The notes beneath the pieces are model-generated. The model had not been told where the DNA came from. It saw nothing but the letters and a program-made list of their open reading frames with translations, and made no database searches. The position numbers were made by a program, and so were the translations under genes. A DNA stretch of 64,000 nt from Candidatus Omnitrophota bacterium (GTDB taxonomy: Bacteria > Omnitrophota > Gorgyraeia > Zapsychrales > Zapsychraceae), in assembly GCA_003528115.1 (NCBI GenBank), contig DOGZ01000014.1:166081-230080 (forward strand), given 5' to 3'. Positions 38,575 to 48,092 of this stretch are shown piece after piece (within the stretch, counting starts at the first letter, position 1; each line of letters opens with the position of its first letter).

Positions 38575-40224
38575 TTGATCAATTTGATGATTTCAAAAAA
38601 AAATCTTCCGTCTCCAAAATTCTTTTCCACGCGCCCATTCCTCCTTTCCGCGATTTTGTTGTTTTTTTTGTGTCTTCTTGCTTACAGCAATTGTTTCCGG
38701 CATGGTTTTCTCCTGGATGATTATACGCATTTGCTCAATGAGGATAATTTGGAGAAAGTTACATGGGCAGAACTTTTTTCTAAGGCGTACAAGGGATTTT
38801 ACAGGCCGTTCGCCTTTATGTTTCTTAAAGGCATGCTGGGGGTGTTTAAAGACGCGGGCGTCGCGTATCACGTTTTTAACTTAATCCTTTTTTATGGGAT
38901 ATGCTTGATGTTTTACAGATTATGGATCGAATTATTCAAAGATCAGCGTTTGGCTTTGCTTGCCTGTTCTCTCTTCGCGGCCCATCCGGTGAATGCCATG
39001 CTGGTGAATTATAAGACGGCGAGTAACAACAGTATCTTCATTTTGTGTATGCAGATGAGCGCGTGGCTGCTGGTGAAATCTATGGATGCGCGAAAGACAG
39101 GATATTATTACGCGAGTTTATTGTTTTATTTCTTAAGCCTTCTGTCCCACGAAATTAGTTTTATTCTGCCGGTGTATCTCTTTCTTATTTTATTTCTCCT
39201 AAGGGATTACGGAGGGAAGAAAAGCGGGGTGTCTTGCTTGTCTTTTTTGGTTCCTTTGACGGTATATTTAATTATTCGACGGAATATCGCCGGTCTCAGC
39301 CCCATGGCCGATCCTTTTCATCTGGGGATCAGTTTTATTCAATACGTTGGAACCTTGATGTCGTTAATAGGGTGGTATCTCCAAAAACTGGTCGTCCCCG
39401 TGAATATTTTGTTTATTTGGGATGAGCGCATCGCTGAAGGAGGAACGGCGGTTTTTTATGCCGTTTTCTTGATGATGGTGGTGGCCGTTGTTGCTGGTGT
39501 CCTTTACAGGAGAAGACCGGGGGACGTGAAAACTTTTGGCGCTGGGCTCTTGGCCGCAGGATTTATTCCCTTGGGGTTGGCCGGTTTTACGTACTCGGCC
39601 AGTATGAAGACGGTTATTATTGAACCGCATTGGTTCGGCTTTTCTTCGATGGGTTTTTTCCTTCTGGCCGCCGGCATCTTAATAAATCTCAGGAAATTCG
39701 CGCATGAGAAAATCCGGATCCCGGCCTTAGTTATTCTATTGGGAACGCTTTTGCTGTTGACCAGAACAGGCAACGCTGTCTGGAAAGACGAAGAGACCTA
39801 CTGTACCAATTGGATCGAAACAAATGCCTTAAACGGTGAGCCCTGGAATTGTTTGGCGAGGGTTTACAGAGCCAAGCATGATCAAGGTTTAAATAAGAAC
39901 AGATATCAAGACTGCACGGAGGCCGCTTATTTGGCGTTTGCGTATCATGTGACGGGAGACGGTACGCGGTCGTTGAATTATTACAATATGGCCTTAGACA
40001 TTAACCGTGATTGTCCGGTTGCCTATTATGGTCTGGGGCTATTATATACTATCGCTCAGGATGAGGGGTCAGCCGCGTGGGCGTATGATAATGCCCTGCG
40101 CCTGAATCCGGGGTATTACCCTCTGGTCAAGAAACTGGAAGACGTTTTTTACAATCGCCGGAAAAAGGATGCGGCCCGAAGAATCAGAGAACTTTTTTTG
40201 TCGGAGTCTTTCAAGGGGCCGTGA
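38575..40224 (+). CDS. TMTC-like GT-C membrane protein with C-terminal TPRs
   Basis: FLLDD and FYRP first-loop motifs, LFAAHP, LLSHE, WKDEET, TPRs. Confidence 0.7.
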   Translation: MINLMISKKNLPSPKFFSTRPFLLSAILLFFLCLLAYSNCFRHGFLLDDYTHLLNEDNLEKVTWAELFSKAYKGFYRPFAFMFLKGMLGVFKDAGVAYHVFNLILFYGICLMFYRLWIELFKDQRLALLACSLFAAHPVNAMLVNYKTASNNSIFILCMQMSAWLLVKSMDARKTGYYYASLLFYFLSLLSHEISFILPVYLFLILFLLRDYGGKKSGVSCLSFLVPLTVYLIIRRNIAGLSPMADPFHLGISFIQYVGTLMSLIGWYLQKLVVPVNILFIWDERIAEGGTAVFYAVFLMMVVAVVAGVLYRRRPGDVKTFGAGLLAAGFIPLGLAGFTYSASMKTVIIEPHWFGFSSMGFFLLAAGILINLRKFAHEKIRIPALVILLGTLLLLTRTGNAVWKDEETYCTNWIETNALNGEPWNCLARVYRAKHDQGLNKNRYQDCTEAAYLAFAYHVTGDGTRSLNYYNMALDINRDCPVAYYGLGLLYTIAQDEGSAAWAYDNALRLNPGYYPLVKKLEDVFYNRRKKDAARRIRELFLSESFKGP

Positions 40225-40256
40225 TAGTTCATGCGTAATCCCTCTGTTTTGTAAGC

Positions 40257-40285
40257 TTGTCAAGAGACATCCGGTTGACTATAAT
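40257..40285 (+). promoter_or_regulatory. Sigma70 promoter upstream of the SDR/radical SAM cluster
   Basis: TTGTCA-N17-TATAAT. Confidence 0.7.
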
Positions 40286-40356
40286 AAGGCCGTCAAAATT
40301 CCATCCAAGATTTTTCTAAAGAATTAACTTTTGGAAAAACCCGTTCGAATCGATTT

Positions 40357-41178
40357 ATGCCTCCAACGCAGATTAAACACTCCTTTCCGTCTTTTGCCGC
40401 GTGGTACGCGGGGAAGAGCGCTTTGGTCACGGGTGCAACGTCGGGCATCGGGAGGGAGATGGCAAGATTATTGATTCGTTATGGGGCCAGAGTCGTGTTT
40501 TGCGGTCGTGAGGAAACGGCGTTAAAATCGCTTGACGAAGAATTAAAAACGCAATCAACGATTCCCCCCGAAGGATTTTGCGTGGATTTGTCCCAGCCGG
40601 ATTCTTTGAAGTCCTTCATCCATAAAATTCGTCAAAAGTATACCATTGACATCCTTGTCAACAATGCCGGGCTGGGATATATGGGGGATTTCTGCAATAT
40701 GCCGGAGAAAATGCTTTTGTCCCTGCAGGACGTGAATATGGCCGCGGTTGTCCGTTTATGCCATGCCTTTTCTTCTGACATGAAAGAGAGGCCGGGGACG
40801 GGGATATTGAATGTCGGTTCCGTCGCGTCCTTTTTCCCGACACCAGGTTCAGCGTTATATGGCGCCACAAAACATTTTATTCTGGGTTTTACCGATGCCT
40901 TGCATCAAGAGATGGCGCCTTTTCAGGTGCATGTCAGTGGTGTTTATCCGGGAAAGACCGCTTCCAGATTTCTGGAACGGGCGACCGAAGGAAGATTGAA
41001 GGTGTGGGAAAAGTCGTCCAGACCCGAAGATGTGGCCCGGCTGGGACTTCAAGGCTTAATGAAAAATAAGATTAGGACCATTCCTGGTTTGGATAATCAG
41101 ATAAAGGTTTTGATGGCTTCTGTTTTACCGGTTTCCTTCACTCTGAGAAAAATGGCAGCCCGCCATCCGCGTCAGTAA
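40357..41178 (+). CDS. Short-chain dehydrogenase/reductase (classical)
   Basis: TGATSGIG, NNAG, YGATK. Confidence 0.88.
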   Translation: MPPTQIKHSFPSFAAWYAGKSALVTGATSGIGREMARLLIRYGARVVFCGREETALKSLDEELKTQSTIPPEGFCVDLSQPDSLKSFIHKIRQKYTIDILVNNAGLGYMGDFCNMPEKMLLSLQDVNMAAVVRLCHAFSSDMKERPGTGILNVGSVASFFPTPGSALYGATKHFILGFTDALHQEMAPFQVHVSGVYPGKTASRFLERATEGRLKVWEKSSRPEDVARLGLQGLMKNKIRTIPGLDNQIKVLMASVLPVSFTLRKMAARHPRQ

Positions 41179-41218
41179 ATGTGCTTTTTTTGAAATGCGA
41201 GTGGGGCATTAGTTTTAA

Positions 41219-41445
41219 GCCTTAAGGGAATATGCCCGAGGCGAGTTCCGGAGCCAACAGGCCTCTTCAGGCGGATGAGTCCGACGATCCGTCGCTCAAA
41301 CAGTCTTCGCGGCGCGGCTATTTCTTAAAGAATTTGTTGTAAGCCGCTTGCTGCGGAACTCGCTTGGGGATCCTTGGACTCATCCGCGTCCAGAAAGGGC
41401 TGTTGTACGAGGACTGTCTGAGCCGCGGGCATATTCCCTTAAGGC
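41219..41445. mobile_element. MITE-like structured element with 20-bp perfect terminal inverted repeats
   Basis: GCCTTAAGGGAATATGCCCG (41219-41238) and CGGGCATATTCCCTTAAGGC (41426-41445); several internal inverted pairs. Confidence 0.7.
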
Positions 41446-41508
41446 GTATTTAAGGTTACCCATGTGTAATTTCAAAGAACCGAAAATATAATCAAAGGTT
41501 ATGGACAG

Positions 41509-42618
41509 ATGAAGATCAACAGATGGACACGGTGGATACAAACGTTTCATTATCCCTCGTATTTTATATTTTTTGTGACCGCCCGCTGTAACGCCCGATG
41601 TCCGATGTGCTTTTATATGGAGAATATGGAAAGCAACGCGGCGAAGCGGGAGTTGAGGGTCGAGGAATATGAAAAGATCAGTCGCAGTATCCCATTGATC
41701 AATATCCTGGGTATTTCCGGCGGGGAACCGTTCTTGAGAGAGGATTTGCATGAGATTGTTCAGGTGATGTATAAAAACTGCTCGCCCTGGGTTGTTGATC
41801 TGCCGACCAATGGCTTTTTAACAAAAAGCGTGCTCAAACAGGTGGAAGAGATCGCACGGCGTTGTCCGGATATGGTGGTGGATCTCCAGCTTTCCATAGA
41901 CGGGCCGCCGGAGATCCATAATCAGATCCGAGGGCTTAAGGATGGGTTTGGCCGTATGCGCGAGACCTATCTGGGCTTGGTGGCGCTCAAGAAACGCTAC
42001 AGGAATTTGAAGGTCAAGGCCTGCGTGGTGTATTCGCATTATAACCAGGATCATATAGAGCCATTATTCGACATGCTTCACAGCGATTTTACGGATTTGG
42101 ACAGAATCGTTTTCTCCGTGGCGCACGGAAGCGTCTACAACGATGAAGCCATGGCTTTTGATTGGGAAAGGTATTTCAAGAACTGCGCGCGGATCCGAGA
42201 GGCGTCGACAGTAAAAGACATTAAAGATCTGCATTCGATTTTTACGATAGCCTTGAGAATTGTCAAAAATGATTTGCTTAAAGAGATCCTCCGGAAAAAA
42301 AATATGGTTCAATTATGCGGGGCCGGTCAAAAGGTTGTTGTGATTAATGAGCTTGGTCAGGTGTTTCCTTGTGAACCGCTATGGCGGCCCGTGGGGGATT
42401 TGACAAAGAATGGGTATGACCTGAATCAAATCCTTCGATCTGAGGCCATGAAACAATTCCAGGATCAAATCGTCCGGGAGAAATGCAACTGCCATTGGGG
42501 GCTGCCGATGTCCACCGCGCTCATTTATAGTCCCAGGTATTATCCGAAGATTTTGTTTGAAATGACAAGGATCTTATCCAGGAGTTTATTCCGCTCAAAA
42601 AAAATGGAAAACTTCTAA
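41509..42618 (+). CDS. Radical SAM protein with SPASM/twitch domain
   Basis: CNARCPMC, SGGEPFLR, CGAG..GQVFPCE. Confidence 0.88.
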   Translation: MKINRWTRWIQTFHYPSYFIFFVTARCNARCPMCFYMENMESNAAKRELRVEEYEKISRSIPLINILGISGGEPFLREDLHEIVQVMYKNCSPWVVDLPTNGFLTKSVLKQVEEIARRCPDMVVDLQLSIDGPPEIHNQIRGLKDGFGRMRETYLGLVALKKRYRNLKVKACVVYSHYNQDHIEPLFDMLHSDFTDLDRIVFSVAHGSVYNDEAMAFDWERYFKNCARIREASTVKDIKDLHSIFTIALRIVKNDLLKEILRKKNMVQLCGAGQKVVVINELGQVFPCEPLWRPVGDLTKNGYDLNQILRSEAMKQFQDQIVREKCNCHWGLPMSTALIYSPRYYPKILFEMTRILSRSLFRSKKMENF

Positions 42619-42645
42619 ATTAAGAGGTTTTTCCCCGGGGGTTAC

Positions 42646-44124
42646 TTGAGAATTTTATTGATGTATCCGCAATATACGCACGGCAATGAATTTGACTCCA
42701 GAGCCCCATCCATGTCTCTTGTTTATTTGGCCGCGGTTCTGGAACGCGACGGACATCAGGTGACGGTCTACGATGCCTCGCTCGGGCCCATTGTCAGGAC
42801 GGGACATGTCTATCGTTACGGCTTCTCGGATGAGGATGTCCGTCAATATCTCACGGAGGCGAAATATGATTTTGTCGGGATAACGTGTTCCTTCACCTCC
42901 CGCTGGCGGTTTGTGGATAAGATCGCCCGTTTGGTCAAGGACGTGACGCCGGATGTCCCCGTGGCCATCGGCGGTTTATTTCCAACGTCTGAATGGGCCT
43001 ATTGCTTGCAAGAATGCGCGGCGGTTGATCTTATTTTATTGGGGGAAGCGGAATTGACCTTTTCACGGATAGTTCAGAATATGGCAGGAGGGAGCCGGGT
43101 CTCTGAGGCCTGCCGAGATGCCGACGGTGTGGCGTGGAGGTCAGACAATGAAATCCGGTATAATCCCAAAACGACGTATAATGAGCGTCTGGATGATTTG
43201 CCTTTTCCCGCCTGGCATCTGGTTGACCTTGAACGGTATTTTAAACTCCAGAAAAAGATTTTTGAATTGCCCGTTCCCTGCCTGCCCGTCTTATCCTCCC
43301 GCAGTTGTCCGATGGGGTGCACGTTTTGCAACATGTATGTCACCCACGGTCGCGCCTGGCGGCCCCGTTCTCCGGAGAATGTGCTTGATGAACTGGAATA
43401 TGTGATAAAGCGGTTTGGTGTCCGTCATTTTTATTTTGTCGACGATAATTTTAGTCTGCGCAGCGACAGGGCGAAAAAAATATGCCGCGGCATCCTTGAG
43501 CGAAGACTGAAGATAAAATATAATTTCCACAACGGTTTAAGCATCAAGACCCTGGATGAGGAACTGATTAAAGGGCTGAAGGATTCCGGATGCACCAGTG
43601 TGTGCCTCGCTGTGGAGTCGGGAAGCGAACGCGTCCGCAATCAAGTGTACGGGAAGGGATTAAAAACAGAAAAAATTTTTCAGGTTTTTAACTGGTGTCG
43701 CCGGGTCGGTATTCCGACCATCGGTTATTTTATGGTCGGCGCTCCGGGAGAAACAAGGAAGGATTTTGAGGAAACCAAAGCGCTTGTCGCCAAACTTCCC
43801 ATGAGTCTGGCCACCGTCGGCATTTATACGCCGTATCCCAAGACCGCCTTATATGACCAAAGCAAAGAAAAGGGATGGTTGATTGAGCCGCCGCCAGAGG
43901 ATGAAAACCGGGTGGAGATGTGCTCTGTCATGCTGCGCACACCTGATTTTGAACCGGAAGATGTCGCCGGGTGGCAAAAAGAATTATATTTTTGTTTCAT
44001 CCGGCATCATTGGCCGACACTTCTTCAGGAGTTCTTCCGGCCGTGGGGCGTCGTTAACGGGGACATGATTGGAAAGTTTTGGGGGATCATTAAATTCCAT
44101 TTTTTGAGTCGGAACAGGGCATAA
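42646..44124 (+). CDS. Cobalamin-binding radical SAM enzyme
   Basis: B12-binding N-terminal domain, SRSCPMGCTFC, FVDDNF, VESGS, MVGAPGET; TTG start. Confidence 0.88.
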   Translation: MRILLMYPQYTHGNEFDSRAPSMSLVYLAAVLERDGHQVTVYDASLGPIVRTGHVYRYGFSDEDVRQYLTEAKYDFVGITCSFTSRWRFVDKIARLVKDVTPDVPVAIGGLFPTSEWAYCLQECAAVDLILLGEAELTFSRIVQNMAGGSRVSEACRDADGVAWRSDNEIRYNPKTTYNERLDDLPFPAWHLVDLERYFKLQKKIFELPVPCLPVLSSRSCPMGCTFCNMYVTHGRAWRPRSPENVLDELEYVIKRFGVRHFYFVDDNFSLRSDRAKKICRGILERRLKIKYNFHNGLSIKTLDEELIKGLKDSGCTSVCLAVESGSERVRNQVYGKGLKTEKIFQVFNWCRRVGIPTIGYFMVGAPGETRKDFEETKALVAKLPMSLATVGIYTPYPKTALYDQSKEKGWLIEPPPEDENRVEMCSVMLRTPDFEPEDVAGWQKELYFCFIRHHWPTLLQEFFRPWGVVNGDMIGKFWGIIKFHFLSRNRA

Positions 44125-44131
44125 TGCTTTT

Positions 44132-45184
44132 ATGAAGAAATACGTTAATTATATGACGACCCTTATGAAAGGGCATTGGCTCCGGATCAATATGCCTATT
44201 CTGGTGACGCTCTGCGTGACCAATAGATGCAACCTCAAGTGTTTTTATTGTTACGAAGAATATTATGACAGGAATCACCGGGAATTTACGACGGAAGAAA
44301 TATTCAGGCTTATCGATGAGCTGGTTCAGATGGGGACCAAATATATTTCCATCGGAGGAGGGGAAGCTCTTTTAAGAAAAGACATTGGACAGATCGTTGA
44401 CAGGATCAAGCAGAGAAATATTTTATGCCATTTAAGCACAAACGGGTTGATTGTCAAAGATCATGTGCCGGTTTTAAAAAAGGTTGATTCTCTGGCAATT
44501 AGTATCGACGGCCGTTTGGAAAGTAATGACTTGAACAGAGGCAAGGGGACGTTTCGTAAACTCATCGAAGCCTTTGAGATCTTAAACAAAGAGAAGATTC
44601 AATTCCATTCCCACACGGTGCTGACGAGAAATAATAGCAATGCCGTCGAAGAGCTCATGGTTTTAGCCCGCGCCTATCATTTTCAAGCCCAGTTCAGCCC
44701 GTTGAGAGTTGAGGATTCTCCGGACAAAAGTCTTGGATTAGACGATATTCAGTTAAAAAAGATGATTCAAAAAATCCTAAAGCTTAAAAAACAGGGGGCG
44801 CCTGTTTTCTTCTCCGCCAAGACTTATGAAAACTTTTTGAACTGGCCGTTCCCGGCGTCGAAACAGTTCGTCTTTAATGAAAGTATTAAAGGCTATAAAC
44901 CCATCAAATGTTATATCAAGAATTTTGCCTGCCACATTGAGGCCAACGGTTTGGTCTATCCCTGCATTGTCTTAGTGAACAAATTCAAGGCGCTGAATCT
45001 TTTGGAGGTCGGTTTTCAGAAGGCATGGGAAAATTTGGCTGAAAACGGATGCCGGGCCTGCAATAATATTTGTTGTAATGACCTGAATCTTATCTTTGGT
45101 TTTAATCCCGATTCTATCTGGAATGCCCTGAAAATTGTCGTAGGTCGATTGACGGATAAATCAAGCGCTCCGTCTCTAAAATGA
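44132..45184 (+). CDS. Radical SAM protein with SPASM/twitch domain
   Basis: CNLKCFYC, GGGEALLR, C..GLVYPC, CRACNNICC. Confidence 0.88.
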   Translation: MKKYVNYMTTLMKGHWLRINMPILVTLCVTNRCNLKCFYCYEEYYDRNHREFTTEEIFRLIDELVQMGTKYISIGGGEALLRKDIGQIVDRIKQRNILCHLSTNGLIVKDHVPVLKKVDSLAISIDGRLESNDLNRGKGTFRKLIEAFEILNKEKIQFHSHTVLTRNNSNAVEELMVLARAYHFQAQFSPLRVEDSPDKSLGLDDIQLKKMIQKILKLKKQGAPVFFSAKTYENFLNWPFPASKQFVFNESIKGYKPIKCYIKNFACHIEANGLVYPCIVLVNKFKALNLLEVGFQKAWENLAENGCRACNNICCNDLNLIFGFNPDSIWNALKIVVGRLTDKSSAPSLK

Positions 45185-48090
45185 AAATGACCCTTAAAAA
45201 TTTAATTCTCCGTCTTCTTTTCAGCCTTCCGTTTATCGCCGCAGTTTTTTATTTAAAAAGTTATCATGGCGAGCTCATCAATAATGCCGAAGTCCAGTGG
45301 CAGTACTTGCAGAATTCCAAGGGGAAGATTTTCTTGGGCTTGGATGTTTACGCGCCATCCGGCATAACCATTCAAGAAATTTCTTCTCATCCATGGGACG
45401 TCACTCAATCATGGAAATTGGTGAACTATCCGGATTGGTTTAAGGGAGATGAGAATTTTGAGCGTTTCCCCGTTTTTAAGCAACTCGTTCATCCGTACCT
45501 TTCGACCCTTTATCATGAAAATGTCCTGTTGACGTCAGGGTTAGATCCAGGGAAGGGATGGTACACGTTTTTGTATGAATGGAATCCCGCGGATTCCCGG
45601 TCTCTTCCGCCGGAAGACTCTCTCAGAATCCGGTATAAAAATGCGGGCACGCAAAACATCTATGACGCCGAAAAGATCAGCGCGCCAAGGATCCTGAGTG
45701 CCGGGGGAGAGCTCAGAGATAAAAAGCCTTCCTTGAAATTTGAAGTCTTATATCCCATGTCTCACGCGGCAAGACAGCCTGGAGAAAACACAGAGGTTGT
45801 TTTAAATAATTTGTTGCCGGACGACGCGGACGCGTTTCAATTAAAAGATCTGAATCGTCATGGATATAGCGTTGTCCTGCGGAACAAGGATGGGGTTGTT
45901 CTTGACACGCTTGAGGGTTTTGTCATGTGGGATACGCACGCAGTCGGGCAAGTCTTTATGAAACGGCAAGCATCGGATGATGTTGGGGAAAATACAGGGG
46001 GGACAGACTTCACGGTTTTAGGGAGACATGCCACGCTGGTTATTTTTATAATATATTTTGTCATCATCCATTGGTTCATCGGCGCGAGGTTTGCCCGTTG
46101 GCGGGGTATTGATTTAGACGGCGAGGCCTCGAAGATTGTATTACCAGTTTTTCTCGGGCTTGTTGTGTCCACGTATTTATTTTTTGTCCTAGGGTTCATA
46201 CAAGGGCTCACCTTCCCGATCATCTTTGGGGTTTTATTGGTGATCTACCTCACAGGATTCATGGAAGAGCCCTTCTTCCTTGTGAAGAGAATTATAGGAC
46301 TCGAGTTGAGAAAGGCCTTACAACAGCCGTGGCGAGTCATTTTTTTGCTTTTGTTAGGGTGGGGACTCTATCAAAATTTTGTTTATTGTTTTTTGCCTTC
46401 TACGTACGCGGATGGATCCGGGGATATTGAGAATTCGTATTTGCCTAATTTGGATTATTACATGATCACCCATAGTTTTAAAGTCCCTATCCAGAATTCA
46501 ACGACGGGAATTCATTCTCAAACGTTTGATGTTTTAAGAACGATCGTGAAGATTTTGGCTGGAGAGGCGGGAGTTTACTTATTATCTTTTGTTTACTTGG
46601 CGCTCGCCCTCGGAAGTATGTATTTGATAGCAAAGAAAATATTTCGCACAAAAAATCTGCTGATCTATATTTCAGTCTTGCTTCTGTTGTCGGCAAATCT
46701 TTTCACGGAATTGATCCATTTCGGGAAAATTCATATTGCCGCCTTAGCGTTCTTGTTAGCCGCGTTACTTTGTATGAGTTCGGAAGATTTAAAGAAAAAT
46801 TATATTTTACCCGCGGTTTTTTTAGGGGTGATTGCGTCGCAATATGTTTATTTTCTTGGTTTGGGGGTGGCGTACTTCGTGATGATCGGCGTTCACGCGT
46901 TTGTTCAGCACAAGGAATTCAGGCCGCGCGTCCTGAAACCCTTGTCAGGTGCTTTTCTATTGTTTTTGATCCTGAGCGCAGTATTTAATTTAAAACTTAT
47001 CATGGAAGTCGGCACCTTTGTCCCCCCGGGCATTTCCCCGGAGTGGATGAGTGATTTCTTCTTAAAAATGAATTCAGAGAATCCGCGATATCATTTCATT
47101 GATAATAATTATATAAGGCATTTTTATAAATATCATGGCCTCGCGAATTTTGGTCAAGCGATGACACTTTCCACCCTCATGGATAAAGTCATTCAGACAA
47201 CCAAGAACCTGAATTTTTATGTGTTATTATTGTTTCTCCCCTTGTTGAAGAAGTTCGATGTGTCTAAAATGTATTATATGATTATGAGCGCGGTTCTTGT
47301 TCTATTATTTGTGACGATCTTCCCTAACGCTCCCCGGTTAAGTATGTTTTATTATTATCCTGTCATTATTATTCAATGGGCGATTATCGATAGCCTTATA
47401 TTTAGAGTAGAGAAAATAGTGCCCATTAAAAGTTTAGATGTAAAAAGTCGAATGATATACGCAGTGGTGGGTTTGGTTTTATGCGTGGTCATTTTTGATG
47501 CGCCGGGCTCAAGAATTGAAATAAGAAGAGCGGCTTTTTTAAATACTATGCGCAATCCTTTACATGTGGAAGGGCTATTTAATGAGGCCCAGAGCGTTTT
47601 CTGGGGGAGGGAGTCTGCCTACGATTATTTACAAAAGATTCAGACCGATCCCGAGATGTTTCCAGGGACAAGATTCGGGGCGCATCGAAACTTTGATTAC
47701 GCGATGCTCATCCGGCAATACACCCGTGTCGATGACATGATCCTGACGGTGCCGGTGAGGTTTCATTCTCATGCCATGAGGCCTTTGACGGCCAGACACG
47801 CCCTGGGGAGTGTCCTATATCAGCTTGATGTGAAGAAAATCATGGATGATTTGAAGAAACTGAATATCCGTTATCTGTCCGTCATGCCGATCCATTACCG
47901 GGATTACAATCCGTTTTATACGCCTGTTTTTGAGGACCAAATTTTTTTTAAATACTTTAAACCGCTCTTCAGTTATAATGGCACAACATTTTATAAAATA
48001 ATTTACGATGGGAGTCATGAAGAATACACCTCCACGCCTTATAATGTCAAAGGATACCCTTTTGTTCCCATGATGGCAGAAAGGAGATAA
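45181..48090 (+). CDS. Large polytopic membrane protein, probable GT-C fold
   Basis: N-terminal TM, ~250-aa soluble domain, more than 10 TMs with an acidic loop (DGSGDIENSYLP), soluble C-terminus. Confidence 0.5.
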   Translation: MKMTLKNLILRLLFSLPFIAAVFYLKSYHGELINNAEVQWQYLQNSKGKIFLGLDVYAPSGITIQEISSHPWDVTQSWKLVNYPDWFKGDENFERFPVFKQLVHPYLSTLYHENVLLTSGLDPGKGWYTFLYEWNPADSRSLPPEDSLRIRYKNAGTQNIYDAEKISAPRILSAGGELRDKKPSLKFEVLYPMSHAARQPGENTEVVLNNLLPDDADAFQLKDLNRHGYSVVLRNKDGVVLDTLEGFVMWDTHAVGQVFMKRQASDDVGENTGGTDFTVLGRHATLVIFIIYFVIIHWFIGARFARWRGIDLDGEASKIVLPVFLGLVVSTYLFFVLGFIQGLTFPIIFGVLLVIYLTGFMEEPFFLVKRIIGLELRKALQQPWRVIFLLLLGWGLYQNFVYCFLPSTYADGSGDIENSYLPNLDYYMITHSFKVPIQNSTTGIHSQTFDVLRTIVKILAGEAGVYLLSFVYLALALGSMYLIAKKIFRTKNLLIYISVLLLLSANLFTELIHFGKIHIAALAFLLAALLCMSSEDLKKNYILPAVFLGVIASQYVYFLGLGVAYFVMIGVHAFVQHKEFRPRVLKPLSGAFLLFLILSAVFNLKLIMEVGTFVPPGISPEWMSDFFLKMNSENPRYHFIDNNYIRHFYKYHGLANFGQAMTLSTLMDKVIQTTKNLNFYVLLLFLPLLKKFDVSKMYYMIMSAVLVLLFVTIFPNAPRLSMFYYYPVIIIQWAIIDSLIFRVEKIVPIKSLDVKSRMIYAVVGLVLCVVIFDAPGSRIEIRRAAFLNTMRNPLHVEGLFNEAQSVFWGRESAYDYLQKIQTDPEMFPGTRFGAHRNFDYAMLIRQYTRVDDMILTVPVRFHSHAMRPLTARHALGSVLYQLDVKKIMDDLKKLNIRYLSVMPIHYRDYNPFYTPVFEDQIFFKYFKPLFSYNGTTFYKIIYDGSHEEYTSTPYNVKGYPFVPMMAERR

Positions 48091-48092
48091 TC

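Noticed and set aside
41380-41751. Minus-strand 123-aa ORF as a possible transposase or precursor peptide
   Set aside because: Mostly antisense to a radical SAM gene, no recognisable motif
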